From sequence record SRR20825019_882: DNA of 36,057 bases. One strand, written 5' to 3'. The notes beneath the pieces were generated by a model that ran no database searches, had not been told where the DNA came from, and saw only the letters and a program-made list of their open reading frames with translations. Shown piece by piece: positions 1-10,732 of the stretch; the first letter of the stretch is position 1, and each line of letters opens with the position of its first letter. A program made the translations under genes and the position numbers.

Positions 1-1
1 A

Positions 2-277
<276 letters not shown>

Positions 278-299
278 AACTATCATTTTTATGATTATT

Positions 300-333
300 A
301 ATCCTCGTTTTTAACTAAACGAGGATTTTTTTT
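300..333 (+). terminator. Rho-independent terminator after ahcY
   Basis: AATCCTCGTTT-ttaact-AAACGAGGATT, 11-bp perfect stem followed by a T run. Confidence 0.85.
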
Positions 334-416
334 ACAACAAATATTACTGTCCGTTATAAATAATTAAAAAGTGTTAACTTATTTTAGGTTAGGTGGTTAG
401 ATATCTATAAAAAGCA

Positions 417-424
417 TATTTTTG
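417..424 (+). promoter_or_regulatory. Bacteroidota sigma70 -7 element (TATTTTTG)
   Basis: Matches TAnnTTTG, 17 nt before ATG 442. Confidence 0.6.
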
Positions 425-441
425 CCACAAAAACCCCAATT

Positions 442-894
442 ATGAGGACAAACTCCTTTTTTCTGTTATGTATTTTTGTTGCAAGCTTAATTTCTTGCTC
501 AGATTCTACAGAAGATTTAGACGTAGATTATGAAGATAGTGCCATAAATAGAGCAGCTTTAATTATTGGAACTTGGCAATTATCTAATCAAACACAAAAC
601 GGCGAAACAGTCACGCTTAATGAATGTAACAAAAGCGGCACAATTACTTTTGATGGTGAGCAAGTAACAACCACAACATATAGAATAAACTCAGACACAG
701 AAGACTGTAATTTAAACAGTACAAAGTCTTTACTGTATGAGTTTGAAGCAGATGATGCTTTATTATTTATTGAAAACCAAAATCAATCTCAAATTGAGAT
801 AGGTATTATAAACGATAGTATTTTAAGCCTTATAGAAGAAGGTTACACATCTTCTGGAGAACTTATTTCTTTTGAAACTACATTTACCAGATAG
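442..894 (+). CDS. Lipocalin-like domain lipoprotein
   Basis: Hydrophobic leader with lipobox LIS-C, acidic residues after Cys, LIIGTWQL (lipocalin GxW motif), beta-rich, ends in TTFTR. Confidence 0.75.
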   Translation: MRTNSFFLLCIFVASLISCSDSTEDLDVDYEDSAINRAALIIGTWQLSNQTQNGETVTLNECNKSGTITFDGEQVTTTTYRINSDTEDCNLNSTKSLLYEFEADDALLFIENQNQSQIEIGIINDSILSLIEEGYTSSGELISFETTFTR

Positions 895-914
895 TTTCTT
901 TTTATAAAACGTAT

Positions 915-953
915 TAAAAAAGCTTCTATCATCATTATGGTAGAAGCTTTTTA
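915..953 (+). terminator. Rho-independent terminator (probably bidirectional)
   Basis: AAAAAGCTTCTATCAT-catt-ATGGTAGAAGCTTTTT inverted repeat with A/T tails. Confidence 0.8.
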
Positions 954-973
954 AGTTTTAATAAACTTCAAAC

Positions 974-1004
974 TTTGATAAGCCTAAACAACAACGTACC
1001 TTTG
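974..1004 (+). promoter_or_regulatory. serS promoter: -33 TTTG, 19-nt spacer, -7 TACCTTTG
   Basis: TTTG at 974-977 and TACCTTTG at 997-1004 match the Bacteroidota consensus and spacing. Confidence 0.8.
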
Positions 1005-1029
1005 AAGCTTCAATTTAGTAAAGACCATT

Positions 1030-2301
1030 ATGTTACAAGTCAACAACATTAGAGCGCACAAAGACGCTTATATCACAGCTTTAAAAAAGAGAAATTTTGA
1101 TGCCACTTCATTATTTGAAGATGCTTTAAAATATGATGATATGCGCAAGGCTTCTCAAACAGATTTAGATGCTGTTTTGGCAGAAAGCAATCGCCTTTCT
1201 AAAGAAATTGGTATATTGTTTAAAAGTGGTGAGCACCAAAAAGCAAATGCTGTAAAGGCGCAAACTGCAGACTTAAAAGAAAACTCTAAGCGACTACAAG
1301 ATGAACTTCGTGACGCTGAAGAAAAGTTACAAAATGTTTTATTTGAGATTCCTAATATTCCTAATGATCTTGTTCCTGCAGGTGTAGATGAAGCAGATAA
1401 TGAAGAGGTCTTTAATGAAGGTGATGTTCCTGTATTGGCAGAAGGCTCTCAACCACACTGGGAACTTGCAAAAAAATATGACATTATAGATTTTGAGCTT
1501 GGTAATAAAATTACAGGTGCAGGTTTTCCTGTTTATAAAGGTAAAGGAGCTCGTTTACAACGTGCTTTAATAAGTTATTTTTTAGATAAGAATACTGCTG
1601 CTGGATATAATGAAGTACAAGTGCCACATTTGGTAAATGAAGCATCTGGATTTGGAACTGGCCAGTTACCAGATAAAGAAGGGCAAATGTATGAGGCTAC
1701 TGTAGATAAGTTATTTCTTATACCAACTGCAGAAGTGCCTATAACTAACTTATATCGTGGCGATTTATTAGATGAAAAAGATTTACCTATAACTCACACA
1801 GGTTACACACCTTGTTTTCGTCGTGAAGCTGGAAGTTATGGGGCACACGTTAGAGGCTTAAACAGGTTACATCAATTTGACAAGGTAGAAATTGTACGTA
1901 TTGAAAAAGCAGAAGATTCTTATGCCGTTTTAGACCAAATGGTAGAACATGTAAAAGATATTCTTAGAGAGCTTAAATTACCATTTAGAATTTTAAGACT
2001 TTGTGGTGGTGATCTTGGCTTTACAAGTGCTTTAACTTATGATTTCGAAGTGTTTTCTACAGCACAAGACCGTTGGTTAGAAATTTCTTCTGTCTCAAAC
2101 TTTGAAACCTTTCAAGCTAACAGATTAAAGCTTAGGTATAAATCTGCAGATGGCAGTAAGCAATTAGCACACACCTTAAACGGTAGTGCTTTAGCATTAC
2201 CAAGAGTACTTGCAGGTATCTTAGAAAATTATCAAACACCAGATGGTATAAAAATTCCAGAAGTACTAGTGCCTTATTGCGGGTTTGACGTTATAAACTA
2301 A
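1030..2301 (+). CDS. serS: Serine--tRNA ligase
   Basis: N-terminal coiled coil, LIPTAEVP, CFRREAGSYG, RLHQFDKVE, EISSVSNF, HTLNGSALALPR class II motifs. Confidence 0.98.
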   Translation: MLQVNNIRAHKDAYITALKKRNFDATSLFEDALKYDDMRKASQTDLDAVLAESNRLSKEIGILFKSGEHQKANAVKAQTADLKENSKRLQDELRDAEEKLQNVLFEIPNIPNDLVPAGVDEADNEEVFNEGDVPVLAEGSQPHWELAKKYDIIDFELGNKITGAGFPVYKGKGARLQRALISYFLDKNTAAGYNEVQVPHLVNEASGFGTGQLPDKEGQMYEATVDKLFLIPTAEVPITNLYRGDLLDEKDLPITHTGYTPCFRREAGSYGAHVRGLNRLHQFDKVEIVRIEKAEDSYAVLDQMVEHVKDILRELKLPFRILRLCGGDLGFTSALTYDFEVFSTAQDRWLEISSVSNFETFQANRLKLRYKSADGSKQLAHTLNGSALALPRVLAGILENYQTPDGIKIPEVLVPYCGFDVIN

Positions 2302-2364
2302 TACCGTAAATGCTTCGGCTTAGTTTTTGATTTATTTCCTTTTTCAAATGTGTATCTTTAGCCT

Positions 2365-4146
2365 ATGCGTTACCTTATATTCTTTATTCTGCTATTTATA
2401 AATCTAGCTGTTCTCGCACAAAATGAACAGTTGGCAAGAAACTATGTAGAGCAAGGTGAATATGCAAAAGCAAAAGCCATCTATGAAAAGTTGTATAAAA
2501 AACAAAAGTTTAATACAACCTATTTTATGGGGTTGGTCAACGCGCATCAGCAGTTAGAAGAATATATGGAAGTAGAAAGCTTACTTTTAGAAAAGATTAA
2601 GCAATCGCCTCAATTTCCAAACACCTATATAGAGTTAGGGCATAATTATGAGCTTCAAGATAAAATTACAGAAGCTAATACTTATTATCAAGAGGCTTTG
2701 GCGCTAATAGACCAAAATCCTAATAGCGCTTATATTATTGGGTCTACCTTTCAAAAGTACAATAAGTTAGATGAGGCTATTACAGCTTACGAAAAAGGGA
2801 TGACTTTAAACCCTAAGTCTAATTTCGATATACAATTAGCAAGACTTTATGGCGAACAAGGTAATATCGAGAAGATGTTTAATAGTTACCTAGATTTAGT
2901 TAATAAAAACCCTCAATATATGATAACTGCTAATAGAAATATAGAGCAGTTTATAAGTGAAGATCCATATAATGATGGCAATGTTATTTTAAAGACCTTA
3001 TTACTAAAAAGGCTTCAGCAAGATCCCAAAGTCTTGTATAATGAAATGCTTAGTTGGTTATTTATTCAACAAAAAGAATATAAAAAAGCATTTCTCCAAG
3101 AAAAAGCGGTGTACTTAAGAACTCAAGAAACTTTGGAAGGCATAATTGATGTTGCCCTAATAGCTATTGAAGATAACGATAATGATGCCGCAAGAGATAT
3201 TTTAAGCTATATAGTTAAAGAAGCAAGATTACCAGAAACCAAACTAAGAGCACACGAGTTAAAATTAGGATTAGATATTAAAAATGCAACACCTAAACAT
3301 TGGGATTATATAGAAGATGAGTTTTCTTCTTTGTTTCAAGCTTACGGTAAAAGCATTGAAACCATGTCGCTACAAATTGCTTATGCTAATTTTTTAGCCT
3401 TTAAAAAGGAGCAAACTGCAAGTGCTATTTCAACTTTAAAAAACTTACTAGACCAAGATAAAAATAGATTTCAGGAAGCGACAATTAAAATGGCCTTGGC
3501 AGATATTCTGGTTCTAGATGAAAAATTTAACCAAGCATTAATTTACTATTCTCAAATTCAGAACATTGTAAAAAATAACACCTTATCTCAAGAAGCACGC
3601 TTTAAGGTTGCTAAAACAAGTTACTATAAAGGCGATTTTTCTTGGAGTGAAACTCAACTAGATGTTTTAAAAGCCTCGGCATCACAACTTATAGCAAACG
3701 ATGCTATGGAGCTGAGTTTACTTATAAAAGACAACTCTCTAGAAGACAGCACCCAAACTGCGTTAAAAAAGTTTGCAAAAGCAGACCTATTAACTTTTAA
3801 AGGGAAAAATGAGGCTGCCATTGCGGTGCTTGATGAGATTTTAATGCAGCATAAAGGTGAAAAAATTGAGGACGAAGCGCTGCTAAGACAAGCAAACCTC
3901 TTTATTGAAGCTAAAGAATTTGAAAAAGCAGAAGCCAATTATAAAAAAATTATAACCTTTTATCCCACAGATATATTAGGCGATGATGCCTATTATGGCT
4001 TAGCAAAATTATATGATGAACACCTTGCAAGACCAGAAGATGCAAAAGCAAATTATGAAAAAGTAATTTTTGATTATGCAGACAGTATCTTTTATGTAGA
4101 TGCAAGAAAACGTTACCGCACTTTGCGTGGTGACGCTATAAACTAA
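2365..4146 (+). CDS. Secreted tetratricopeptide-repeat protein
   Basis: Signal peptide ending AVLA-Q; repeated TPR helices (A..YY..G, AI.AYEK, A.ANYKK, DDAYYGLAKLY). Confidence 0.85.
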   Translation: MRYLIFFILLFINLAVLAQNEQLARNYVEQGEYAKAKAIYEKLYKKQKFNTTYFMGLVNAHQQLEEYMEVESLLLEKIKQSPQFPNTYIELGHNYELQDKITEANTYYQEALALIDQNPNSAYIIGSTFQKYNKLDEAITAYEKGMTLNPKSNFDIQLARLYGEQGNIEKMFNSYLDLVNKNPQYMITANRNIEQFISEDPYNDGNVILKTLLLKRLQQDPKVLYNEMLSWLFIQQKEYKKAFLQEKAVYLRTQETLEGIIDVALIAIEDNDNDAARDILSYIVKEARLPETKLRAHELKLGLDIKNATPKHWDYIEDEFSSLFQAYGKSIETMSLQIAYANFLAFKKEQTASAISTLKNLLDQDKNRFQEATIKMALADILVLDEKFNQALIYYSQIQNIVKNNTLSQEARFKVAKTSYYKGDFSWSETQLDVLKASASQLIANDAMELSLLIKDNSLEDSTQTALKKFAKADLLTFKGKNEAAIAVLDEILMQHKGEKIEDEALLRQANLFIEAKEFEKAEANYKKIITFYPTDILGDDAYYGLAKLYDEHLARPEDAKANYEKVIFDYADSIFYVDARKRYRTLRGDAIN

Positions 4147-4154
4147 ACAACCTT

Positions 4155-4478
4155 ATGATTATTTACAACGTTACCACAAACGTAGAAGAAAGCGCTCACA
4201 ACGAGTGGATACAATGGATGCAGAAAGAACACATCCCTATGATGTTAGACACTAAAAAGTTTTCAAGAGCCATTATGTCTCGTGTTCTTGTTGAAGAAGA
4301 AATGGGAGGTTTTACTTACTCTGTACAGTATTTTACAGAAGATAAAGCTATGTTAGAACGATATTATAGTGAAGATGCAGATAGATTAAGGAATGAAAGC
4401 AAACGCTTTGCAGGTAAATTTGTATCCTTTAGGACAGAAATGGAAGTTGTAGGAGAAGCTATGGCTCAAGCAAAATAA
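4155..4478 (+). CDS. DUF4286 family protein
   Basis: MIIYNVT.NVE....EWI.WM...HIP, TYSVQY, F.GKFV.FRT.MEV pattern. Confidence 0.85.
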   Translation: MIIYNVTTNVEESAHNEWIQWMQKEHIPMMLDTKKFSRAIMSRVLVEEEMGGFTYSVQYFTEDKAMLERYYSEDADRLRNESKRFAGKFVSFRTEMEVVGEAMAQAK

Positions 4479-4499
4479 GCAACAACTTAAAACTACAAT

Positions 4500-5309
4500 G
4501 TGAGCGATCCGGTAAGAGCAAAAAAACATTTAGGTCAGCATTTTTTAAGCGATGAAGAAACAGCCGAGAAGATTGGTAATACTTTATCATTTAAAGGTTA
4601 TGATCACGTATTAGAAATAGGACCTGGAACAGGTGTGCTTACAAAGTACCTTTTAGAAAAAGATGTAGCATTAACCGCTATGGATCTTGATCAGGAATCT
4701 GTCGATTATTTAAAAGATCATTTTAGCATAGAGCATGCTAGTAAGATTTCAAGCAAGTCATTTCGTGTATTATATGCAGATTTTTTAAAGTATGATTTGT
4801 CTCAATTGTTTGGTGATGAGCAATTTGCCATAACAGGAAACTTCCCTTATAATATTTCTACTCAAATAGTTTTTAAAACATTAGAGCTTAGAGATCAAAT
4901 TCCAGAGTTTACAGGAATGTTTCAAAAAGAAGTTGCAAAACGTATCTGTGAGAAAGAAGGATCCAAAGCATATGGTATTCTTTCTGTTTTGGCACAAGCA
5001 TTTTATAATGCCGAGTATTTGTTTACTGTACCACCTACAGTATTTAATCCGCCGCCAAAAGTTGAAAGTGGTGTGTTAAGACTCACAAGAAAAGAAGACT
5101 ACAGTTTAAATGTAGATGAAAAGTTATTTTTTAGAGTAGTAAAGCAAGCATTTCAGCAACGAAGAAAAACACTTAGAAATAGCTTAAAGACCTTTCAACT
5201 TTCAGATGAGTTACGCGTTAATGATATTTTTAACAAACGCCCAGAACAGTTATCTGTAGCAGCCTTTTTAGAGTTAACTGCACTTATTCAAAAAGATTTA
5301 ACGGTGTAA
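4500..5309 (+). CDS. rsmA: 16S rRNA adenine dimethyltransferase
   Basis: [54 protein letters not shown] start. Confidence 0.97.
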   Translation: MSDPVRAKKHLGQHFLSDEETAEKIGNTLSFKGYDHVLEIGPGTGVLTKYLLEKDVALTAMDLDQESVDYLKDHFSIEHASKISSKSFRVLYADFLKYDLSQLFGDEQFAITGNFPYNISTQIVFKTLELRDQIPEFTGMFQKEVAKRICEKEGSKAYGILSVLAQAFYNAEYLFTVPPTVFNPPPKVESGVLRLTRKEDYSLNVDEKLFFRVVKQAFQQRRKTLRNSLKTFQLSDELRVNDIFNKRPEQLSVAAFLELTALIQKDLTV

Positions 5310-5341
5310 TTAAAAAGAGATAGTCACTAACTCCTATTCAC

Positions 5342-5349
5342 TATATTTG
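5342..5349 (+). promoter_or_regulatory. -7 element (TATATTTG) upstream of mgtE
   Basis: TAnnTTTG, 24 nt before ATG 5374. Confidence 0.6.
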
Positions 5350-5373
5350 TAATCGCACAAAACCATCTTAAAG

Positions 5374-6723
5374 ATGACTTTCGAAATTAGCACAGAACTT
5401 ATAGAAAAAATTAAGCTGCTTGTTCAAGAACAGAACAACGCAGAGCTCTTGCTTCATTTTGAAGACCTTCACTTTGCCGATATTGCAGAGATTTTAGATG
5501 AAATTTCATTAGAAGAAGCAACCTATATTGTAAAGCTTTTGGACAGTGAAAAAACTTCTGAAGCTCTTATGGAGCTAGAGGAAGATGTTAGAGAGCGCAT
5601 TTTAAACAAGTTATCTGCTAAAGAAATTGCAGAAGAGCTTGAAGAAATGGATACCGATGATGCTGCAGATATAATTTCTGAGCTTTCTGAAGAACGCGCC
5701 CAACAGGTCATCTCCGAAATGGAAGATGAAGAGCACGCAGAAAACATTGTCGAGTTATTACGCTATGATGAAGATTCTGCAGGTGGTCTTATGGCAAAAG
5801 AACTTGTAAGGGTTTATGAAGATTGGACTGTTACAGGCTGTGTTGCAGAAATGAGAAAACAAGCCGAAAATGTAACTCGTGTACATTCTATTTATGTGGT
5901 AGATGCTAAAGAGAAACTTAAAGGCCGTTTGTCTCTAAAAGACTTGTTAACTGCAAAACGAAATGCCCATATAAGCGATATTTTTATTCCTCAGGTAGAC
6001 TTTGTTACCGTGCACACAAAAGGTGAAGAAGTGGCAAGAGTTATGCAAAAGTATGACCTAGAAGCCATTCCTGTTGTAGATGAAATGAACAGACTTGTAG
6101 GAAGAGTTACCATAGATGATATTGTAGACTTTATAAAGGAAGAGGCAGAGAAAGATTACCAAATGGCTGCAGGTATATCTCAAGATGTAGAAGCAGATGA
6201 TAATGTTTGGCAACTCACTAGAGCACGATTACCTTGGTTAGTCTTGGGTTTATTTGGAGGTTTAGGCAGTGTTTATATCATGAAAGGTTTTGATGAAGCA
6301 CTTGCAAATTTTCCGATTCTGTTTTTCTTCACACCTTTAATTGCCGCTATGGCTGGAAATGTAGGCGTACAATCCAGTGCAATTATAGTACAAGGTTTAG
6401 CCAATGATAACATTAAAGGAAGCCTATTAAACAGGTTATTTAAAGAAGTTGGTTTAAGTCTTATAAATGGTACTGCTCTTGGGCTTTTAGTAATGCTTTT
6501 TGGCTTTGTGGTAGGGCAAGAACAAATGGTAAGTATAACGGTTGCCGTCTCTATGCTTTCTGTAATAATAGTAGCAGCCCTAATAGGAACATTTGTACCA
6601 ATAATTTTAGATAAACAAGGCATAGATCCAGCCATTGCAACAGGACCTTTTATTACCACAAGTAATGACATCTTCGGTATCTTCTTATTTTTCTATCTCG
6701 CTAAACTAATACTAGGGTTTTGA
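5374..6723 (+). CDS. mgtE: Magnesium transporter MgtE
   Basis: Acidic N domain, CBS pair, RARLPWL, AMAGNVGVQS, IDPAIATGPFITTSND. Confidence 0.96.
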   Translation: MTFEISTELIEKIKLLVQEQNNAELLLHFEDLHFADIAEILDEISLEEATYIVKLLDSEKTSEALMELEEDVRERILNKLSAKEIAEELEEMDTDDAADIISELSEERAQQVISEMEDEEHAENIVELLRYDEDSAGGLMAKELVRVYEDWTVTGCVAEMRKQAENVTRVHSIYVVDAKEKLKGRLSLKDLLTAKRNAHISDIFIPQVDFVTVHTKGEEVARVMQKYDLEAIPVVDEMNRLVGRVTIDDIVDFIKEEAEKDYQMAAGISQDVEADDNVWQLTRARLPWLVLGLFGGLGSVYIMKGFDEALANFPILFFFTPLIAAMAGNVGVQSSAIIVQGLANDNIKGSLLNRLFKEVGLSLINGTALGLLVMLFGFVVGQEQMVSITVAVSMLSVIIVAALIGTFVPIILDKQGIDPAIATGPFITTSNDIFGIFLFFYLAKLILGF

Positions 6724-7109
6724 AACGTAAATTCTCCAAAAATTTTGTGGTTACAAAAGCTGCTATAGATGATCTTAACCATGTAAATAATGTGGTTTAC
6801 CTACAGTGGTGTATGGATATTGCAGAACAGCACTGGGAAGAAAGAGCAGCACAATCTGTAAAAGATGAATATGTTTGGGTGGCACTTAACCACTACATAA
6901 GTTACAAAGCAGCATCTTTTGAAGGAGATGAGCTTGTAATTGAAACTTGGATAGTTTCTCTAGAAGGCGTAAAAAGTGAACGTAAGTATAAAATTTACAG
7001 ACCTAAAGACAACAAAACCATAGTTGAAGCTAAAACAGAATGGTGTCTTCTTAAATCTGAAACCAAAAGACCTTCAAGAGTACCAAAGGAGATTCAGGAT
7101 ATGTTTTAA
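6720..7109 (+). CDS. Acyl-CoA thioesterase (hot-dog fold)
   Basis: IDDLNHVNNVVYLQW motif; TTG start overlapping the mgtE stop. Confidence 0.85.
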   Translation: MKRKFSKNFVVTKAAIDDLNHVNNVVYLQWCMDIAEQHWEERAAQSVKDEYVWVALNHYISYKAASFEGDELVIETWIVSLEGVKSERKYKIYRPKDNKTIVEAKTEWCLLKSETKRPSRVPKEIQDMF

Positions 7110-7124
7110 TCTTAATAAAAGCCT

Positions 7125-7490
7125 ATGAAACCTATAAATGTAAAAGAGAAGTTTAAGAGTTTCAAAGCACAGTGGTCACCTCATCAAATAGCAGTTGTAG
7201 ACAATATGCAGGTGTTACTGGCTAAACTTAAGGATGAGTTTGTCTGGCATAAACACGAGCAAGAAGATGAGTTGTTTTTTGTACAAAAAGGAACTCTAGA
7301 AATGCACTTTCGAGATTCTATAGAAATTGTAAACCAAGGCGAAATTATTGTAGTTCCTAAAGGTGTAGAGCATTGCCCTAAAACGCAAAATGGTGAAGAG
7401 GTTCACGTCTTATTATTTGAAAAGCTGGACACCAAGCATACAGGCAACGTTATAGATAAAAAAACGAAAACCCACTATCCTAAAATTTAA
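7125..7490 (+). CDS. Cupin domain protein
   Basis: FVWHKHEQEDELFFV and GEIIVVPKGVEHCP cupin motifs. Confidence 0.88.
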   Translation: MKPINVKEKFKSFKAQWSPHQIAVVDNMQVLLAKLKDEFVWHKHEQEDELFFVQKGTLEMHFRDSIEIVNQGEIIVVPKGVEHCPKTQNGEEVHVLLFEKLDTKHTGNVIDKKTKTHYPKI

Positions 7491-7493
7491 GTT

Positions 7494-8429
7494 TTGAAAA
7501 TTTTACATCTAGATAATAATCACCCACTTCTTCTTAAGCAGTTATCTGATGCTGGTTATATTAATGAGGAAGATTACACATCATCTAAAGAAGATGTTGA
7601 GCAAAAGATTAAAAACTATCAAGGCATCGTAATTAGGAGTAGGTTCAATATAGATAAGCAATTTTTAGATGCTGCTACAAATTTAAAATTTATAGCTCGT
7701 GTTGGTGCTGGTTTAGAGAGTATAGATATTCCTTACGCAAACGCTAAAAACATAGCACTCTTCTCCGCACCAGAAGGAAACAGAAATGCTGTTGGAGAGC
7801 ATAGTTTAGCATTACTACTCAACCTTTTTAATAAAATTAATTTAGCAGATGCTACAGTTAAGTCTGGCCAATGGTTACGAGAACAACATCGCGGTGTAGA
7901 GCTAGAGGGCAAAACTGTCGGGCTTATTGGGTATGGTAATATGGGAAACGCTTTTGCAAAAAAACTAAAAGGGTTTAATTGTAATGTGTTGTGCTACGAC
8001 ATTAAAGATAACTTAGGGAATGAGCATGCAAAACAAGTCTCTCTAAAAACGCTTCAAGAAAAAGCAGACGTACTAAGCCTTCATACACCTTGGACACCAC
8101 TTACAGACAAAATGGTGAATGCTGAATTTATTAATGCATTCAGCAAGCCTTTTTGGCTTATAAATACCGCTCGAGGAAAGAGTGTTGTAACGGCAGATTT
8201 AGTTTCAGCTCTAGAAAATGGAAAAATATTAGGTGCTGGTTTAGATGTTTTAGAATATGAAAAACTGTCTTTTGAAAGCTTATTCTCTTCAGAAATGCCA
8301 GAAGATCTTTCTAAACTTCTTAAGTTTGAAAATGTAATTTTATCGCCACACGTTGCTGGTTGGACTATTGAAAGTAAAGAAAAATTAGCCCAAACCATTG
8401 TCGATAAAATTATAAAACACTTCAACTAA
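7494..8429 (+). CDS. D-2-hydroxyacid dehydrogenase (phosphoglycerate-dehydrogenase-like)
   Basis: ARVGAG, GLIGYGNMG Rossmann motif, INTARG, LDVLEYE, SPHVAG catalytic R/E/H. Confidence 0.9.
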   Translation: MKILHLDNNHPLLLKQLSDAGYINEEDYTSSKEDVEQKIKNYQGIVIRSRFNIDKQFLDAATNLKFIARVGAGLESIDIPYANAKNIALFSAPEGNRNAVGEHSLALLLNLFNKINLADATVKSGQWLREQHRGVELEGKTVGLIGYGNMGNAFAKKLKGFNCNVLCYDIKDNLGNEHAKQVSLKTLQEKADVLSLHTPWTPLTDKMVNAEFINAFSKPFWLINTARGKSVVTADLVSALENGKILGAGLDVLEYEKLSFESLFSSEMPEDLSKLLKFENVILSPHVAGWTIESKEKLAQTIVDKIIKHFN

Positions 8430-8443
8430 CCAAAAGCTATATT

Positions 8444-8830
8444 ATGAAAAAACGAGTAACAGGATTAGGTGGTTTCTTCTTTAAAACTCAAAATCCAGGT
8501 CAGATAAAAGATTGGTATAACACGCACTTAGGATTAAATACAGACGATTACGGCTGTACGTTTTGGTGGAAAGATGAAAATGGAAACAAATGCTCTACAC
8601 AATGGAGCCCATTTAAAGAAGACACTAAATATTTTGAGCCTTCTGAAAAACAATTCATGATGAATTTTCGCGTAGAGAATTTAGTTGAACTTCTTATAGT
8701 CTTAAAAGACGAAGGTGTTACAGTTGTAGGAGAAATTGAAGAATACGAATACGGAAAATTTGGTTGGATTTTAGATCCTGAAGGTAACAAAATTGAGCTT
8801 TGGGAACCTATTGATGCTGCGTTTTTATAG
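8444..8830 (+). CDS. VOC/glyoxalase family protein
   Basis: KRVTGLGGFFF, NFRVENL, YGKFGWILDPEGNKIELWEP. Confidence 0.9.
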   Translation: MKKRVTGLGGFFFKTQNPGQIKDWYNTHLGLNTDDYGCTFWWKDENGNKCSTQWSPFKEDTKYFEPSEKQFMMNFRVENLVELLIVLKDEGVTVVGEIEEYEYGKFGWILDPEGNKIELWEPIDAAFL

Positions 8831-8833
8831 GCA

Positions 8834-9562
8834 TTAGTTTCTACCAGACTCATCTGGATAAAGTGACATAACTGGGTCACTTTGCCATACATCTTTAGTG
8901 TTAACATCTATTATAGAGACAGCTCCTTTAAAGGCTGCTCCAGTATCTACATTCCAAACATTTTGATAATTTACAGGTACATCAGACCCTACACGTTGGG
9001 TTGGTGTGTGCCCAATAAATATTTCGTTATAAAGATCTAACCGCTTAGGATAATGCTTAAAAGCATCTTTTGGTTTATTAGCCATTGCAGAGACCATTTC
9101 CCATAAAGTGCGATCCCAATAACACATAGGCTTAAAATACTCATGTTGTGGCCCGTTAGGATTAGTAAATCCTGCATGAAGAAAAAGCCTGTTATCATTA
9201 TCTACCACATAATCTACCATTTGAGAATAAAAGGTATTGTGCTTCTTAGTTTCTTCATCTGTTAACTTACGGTAAGCATCTAAAGTAACTTGACCACCAT
9301 GTGCAAGCCACGTCTCATTAGTTTCTTCTGTTTTTAACCAGTTATGAACCAAATCATCATGATTGCCCCTTATAAACACACAACTGTTCTGTTTTGCTAA
9401 GTTTATTAAGTAAGACACTACTTTGGCACTATCACTCCAACCATCTACATAATCTCCTAAAAATATTAGTTTATCTTCTGGAGTTACCTCAGCACGCTTC
9501 ATAACTTGTTGCAGCGCCTTTAAACCACCATGTATATCTCCAATTGCAAGTACTCTTTTCAT
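8834..9562 (-). CDS. Metallophosphoesterase (PPP-like Ser/Thr phosphatase family)
   Basis: GDIHG, GDYVD, RGNHD, HAG, GHTP, VDTGA motifs. Confidence 0.92.
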   Translation of the reverse strand: MKRVLAIGDIHGGLKALQQVMKRAEVTPEDKLIFLGDYVDGWSDSAKVVSYLINLAKQNSCVFIRGNHDDLVHNWLKTEETNETWLAHGGQVTLDAYRKLTDEETKKHNTFYSQMVDYVVDNDNRLFLHAGFTNPNGPQHEYFKPMCYWDRTLWEMVSAMANKPKDAFKHYPKRLDLYNEIFIGHTPTQRVGSDVPVNYQNVWNVDTGAAFKGAVSIIDVNTKDVWQSDPVMSLYPDESGRN

Positions 9563-9578
9563 AGTCGTGTATATATAT

Positions 9579-9586
9579 CAAAAATA
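9579..9586 (-). promoter_or_regulatory. -7 element (TATTTTTG, minus strand) for the metallophosphoesterase
   Basis: CAAAAATA on the + strand, 16 nt upstream of the start. Confidence 0.55.
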
Positions 9587-9640
9587 CGATTTCTGATTAA
9601 TGACTGCTGAATTTTATATCTTTAGATTAAAATTTTGACC

Positions 9641-10711
9641 ATGAAACAATTTATCATTACTACTGTTTTCGCTTTGCTATTGTTAAGCTGTACAAATACA
9701 GTAAAAAAAGAAGACAAAACTGCTAGTACAAATGAAACAAACAACCCTAAAGATCATTTTGGAATTGTTATTCATGGTGGTGCCGGAACCATTCTCAAAA
9801 AAAACATGTCAGACTCTTTAGAAACTGCATATGAAGAAAAACTTGCTGAAGCTATAAAAACAGGTCATGCAATTTTAGAAAAAGGTGGTACAAGTTTAGA
9901 GGCTGTTACCGCAACCATTAATATTTTAGAAGATTCACCGCTGTTTAATGCTGGTAAAGGTGCTGTGTTTACGCATGATGAAACTAATGAATTAGATGCC
10001 TCAATAATGGATGGCAAAACGTTAAACGCTGGTGCTGTTGCTGGTGTTACACGAGTAAAAAACCCTATTAATTTAGCAAAATTAGTAATGACAAACTCTA
10101 ATCATGTCATGCTAGCAGGCAAAGGAGCAGAAGTATTTGCAGAAGATCAAGGTGTAAAGCTAGTGGACCCACAATATTTTTATACTGAAAAGCGATTCAA
10201 CTCCTTACAGAGATTAAAAAAGCGCAAACAAGCAGAATTAGATACTAATACGAAAACTGCACTTTTAGCTGAAGACCCTTTTATAAAAGATTCCAAATTT
10301 GGTACTGTTGGATGTGTCGCTCTAGATAAAGATGGAAATTTGGCCGCAGGAACCTCAACAGGAGGAATGACAGATAAGCGTTGGAACCGCATAGGAGATG
10401 CTCCAATAATTGGTGCTGGCACATATGCCAATAATGCAACTTGTGCAGTATCTAGCACAGGTTGGGGAGAATATTTTATAAGAGCTATGGTTGCTCATGA
10501 TATTTCAGCTTTAATGGAATATAAAGGCTTGTCTTTACAAGACGCTGCAGAGCTTGTGATACAGAAAAAAGTACCAGATTTAGGAGGTGATGGTGGTATT
10601 GTAGCCATAGACAATAAAGGGAATATTGCTATGGAGTTTAATACTGCAGGTATGTATCGCGCACATATGAATGCAAATGGCGAATTGAATATTGGAATTT
10701 ACAAGGAGTAA
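9641..10711 (+). CDS. iaaA: Isoaspartyl peptidase/L-asparaginase (Ntn hydrolase), lipoprotein
   Basis: IHGGAG, LEDSPLFNAGKG, autocleavage G-TVG, TSTGG, RIGDAPIIGAG, STGWGE; lipobox LLSC; ATG 9641 preferred over TTG 9635. Confidence 0.92.
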   Translation: MKQFIITTVFALLLLSCTNTVKKEDKTASTNETNNPKDHFGIVIHGGAGTILKKNMSDSLETAYEEKLAEAIKTGHAILEKGGTSLEAVTATINILEDSPLFNAGKGAVFTHDETNELDASIMDGKTLNAGAVAGVTRVKNPINLAKLVMTNSNHVMLAGKGAEVFAEDQGVKLVDPQYFYTEKRFNSLQRLKKRKQAELDTNTKTALLAEDPFIKDSKFGTVGCVALDKDGNLAAGTSTGGMTDKRWNRIGDAPIIGAGTYANNATCAVSSTGWGEYFIRAMVAHDISALMEYKGLSLQDAAELVIQKKVPDLGGDGGIVAIDNKGNIAMEFNTAGMYRAHMNANGELNIGIYKE

Positions 10712-10732
10712 CGGGTACTAGATTACGCTAGC

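Noticed and set aside
895-1029. T-box or tRNA upstream of serS
   Set aside because: Region explained by a terminator plus promoter; leader about 20 nt; no cloverleaf
5310-5373. M-box (Mg2+) riboswitch before mgtE
   Set aside because: Only 64 nt of intergenic DNA, with a promoter element 24 nt from the start; no room or structure
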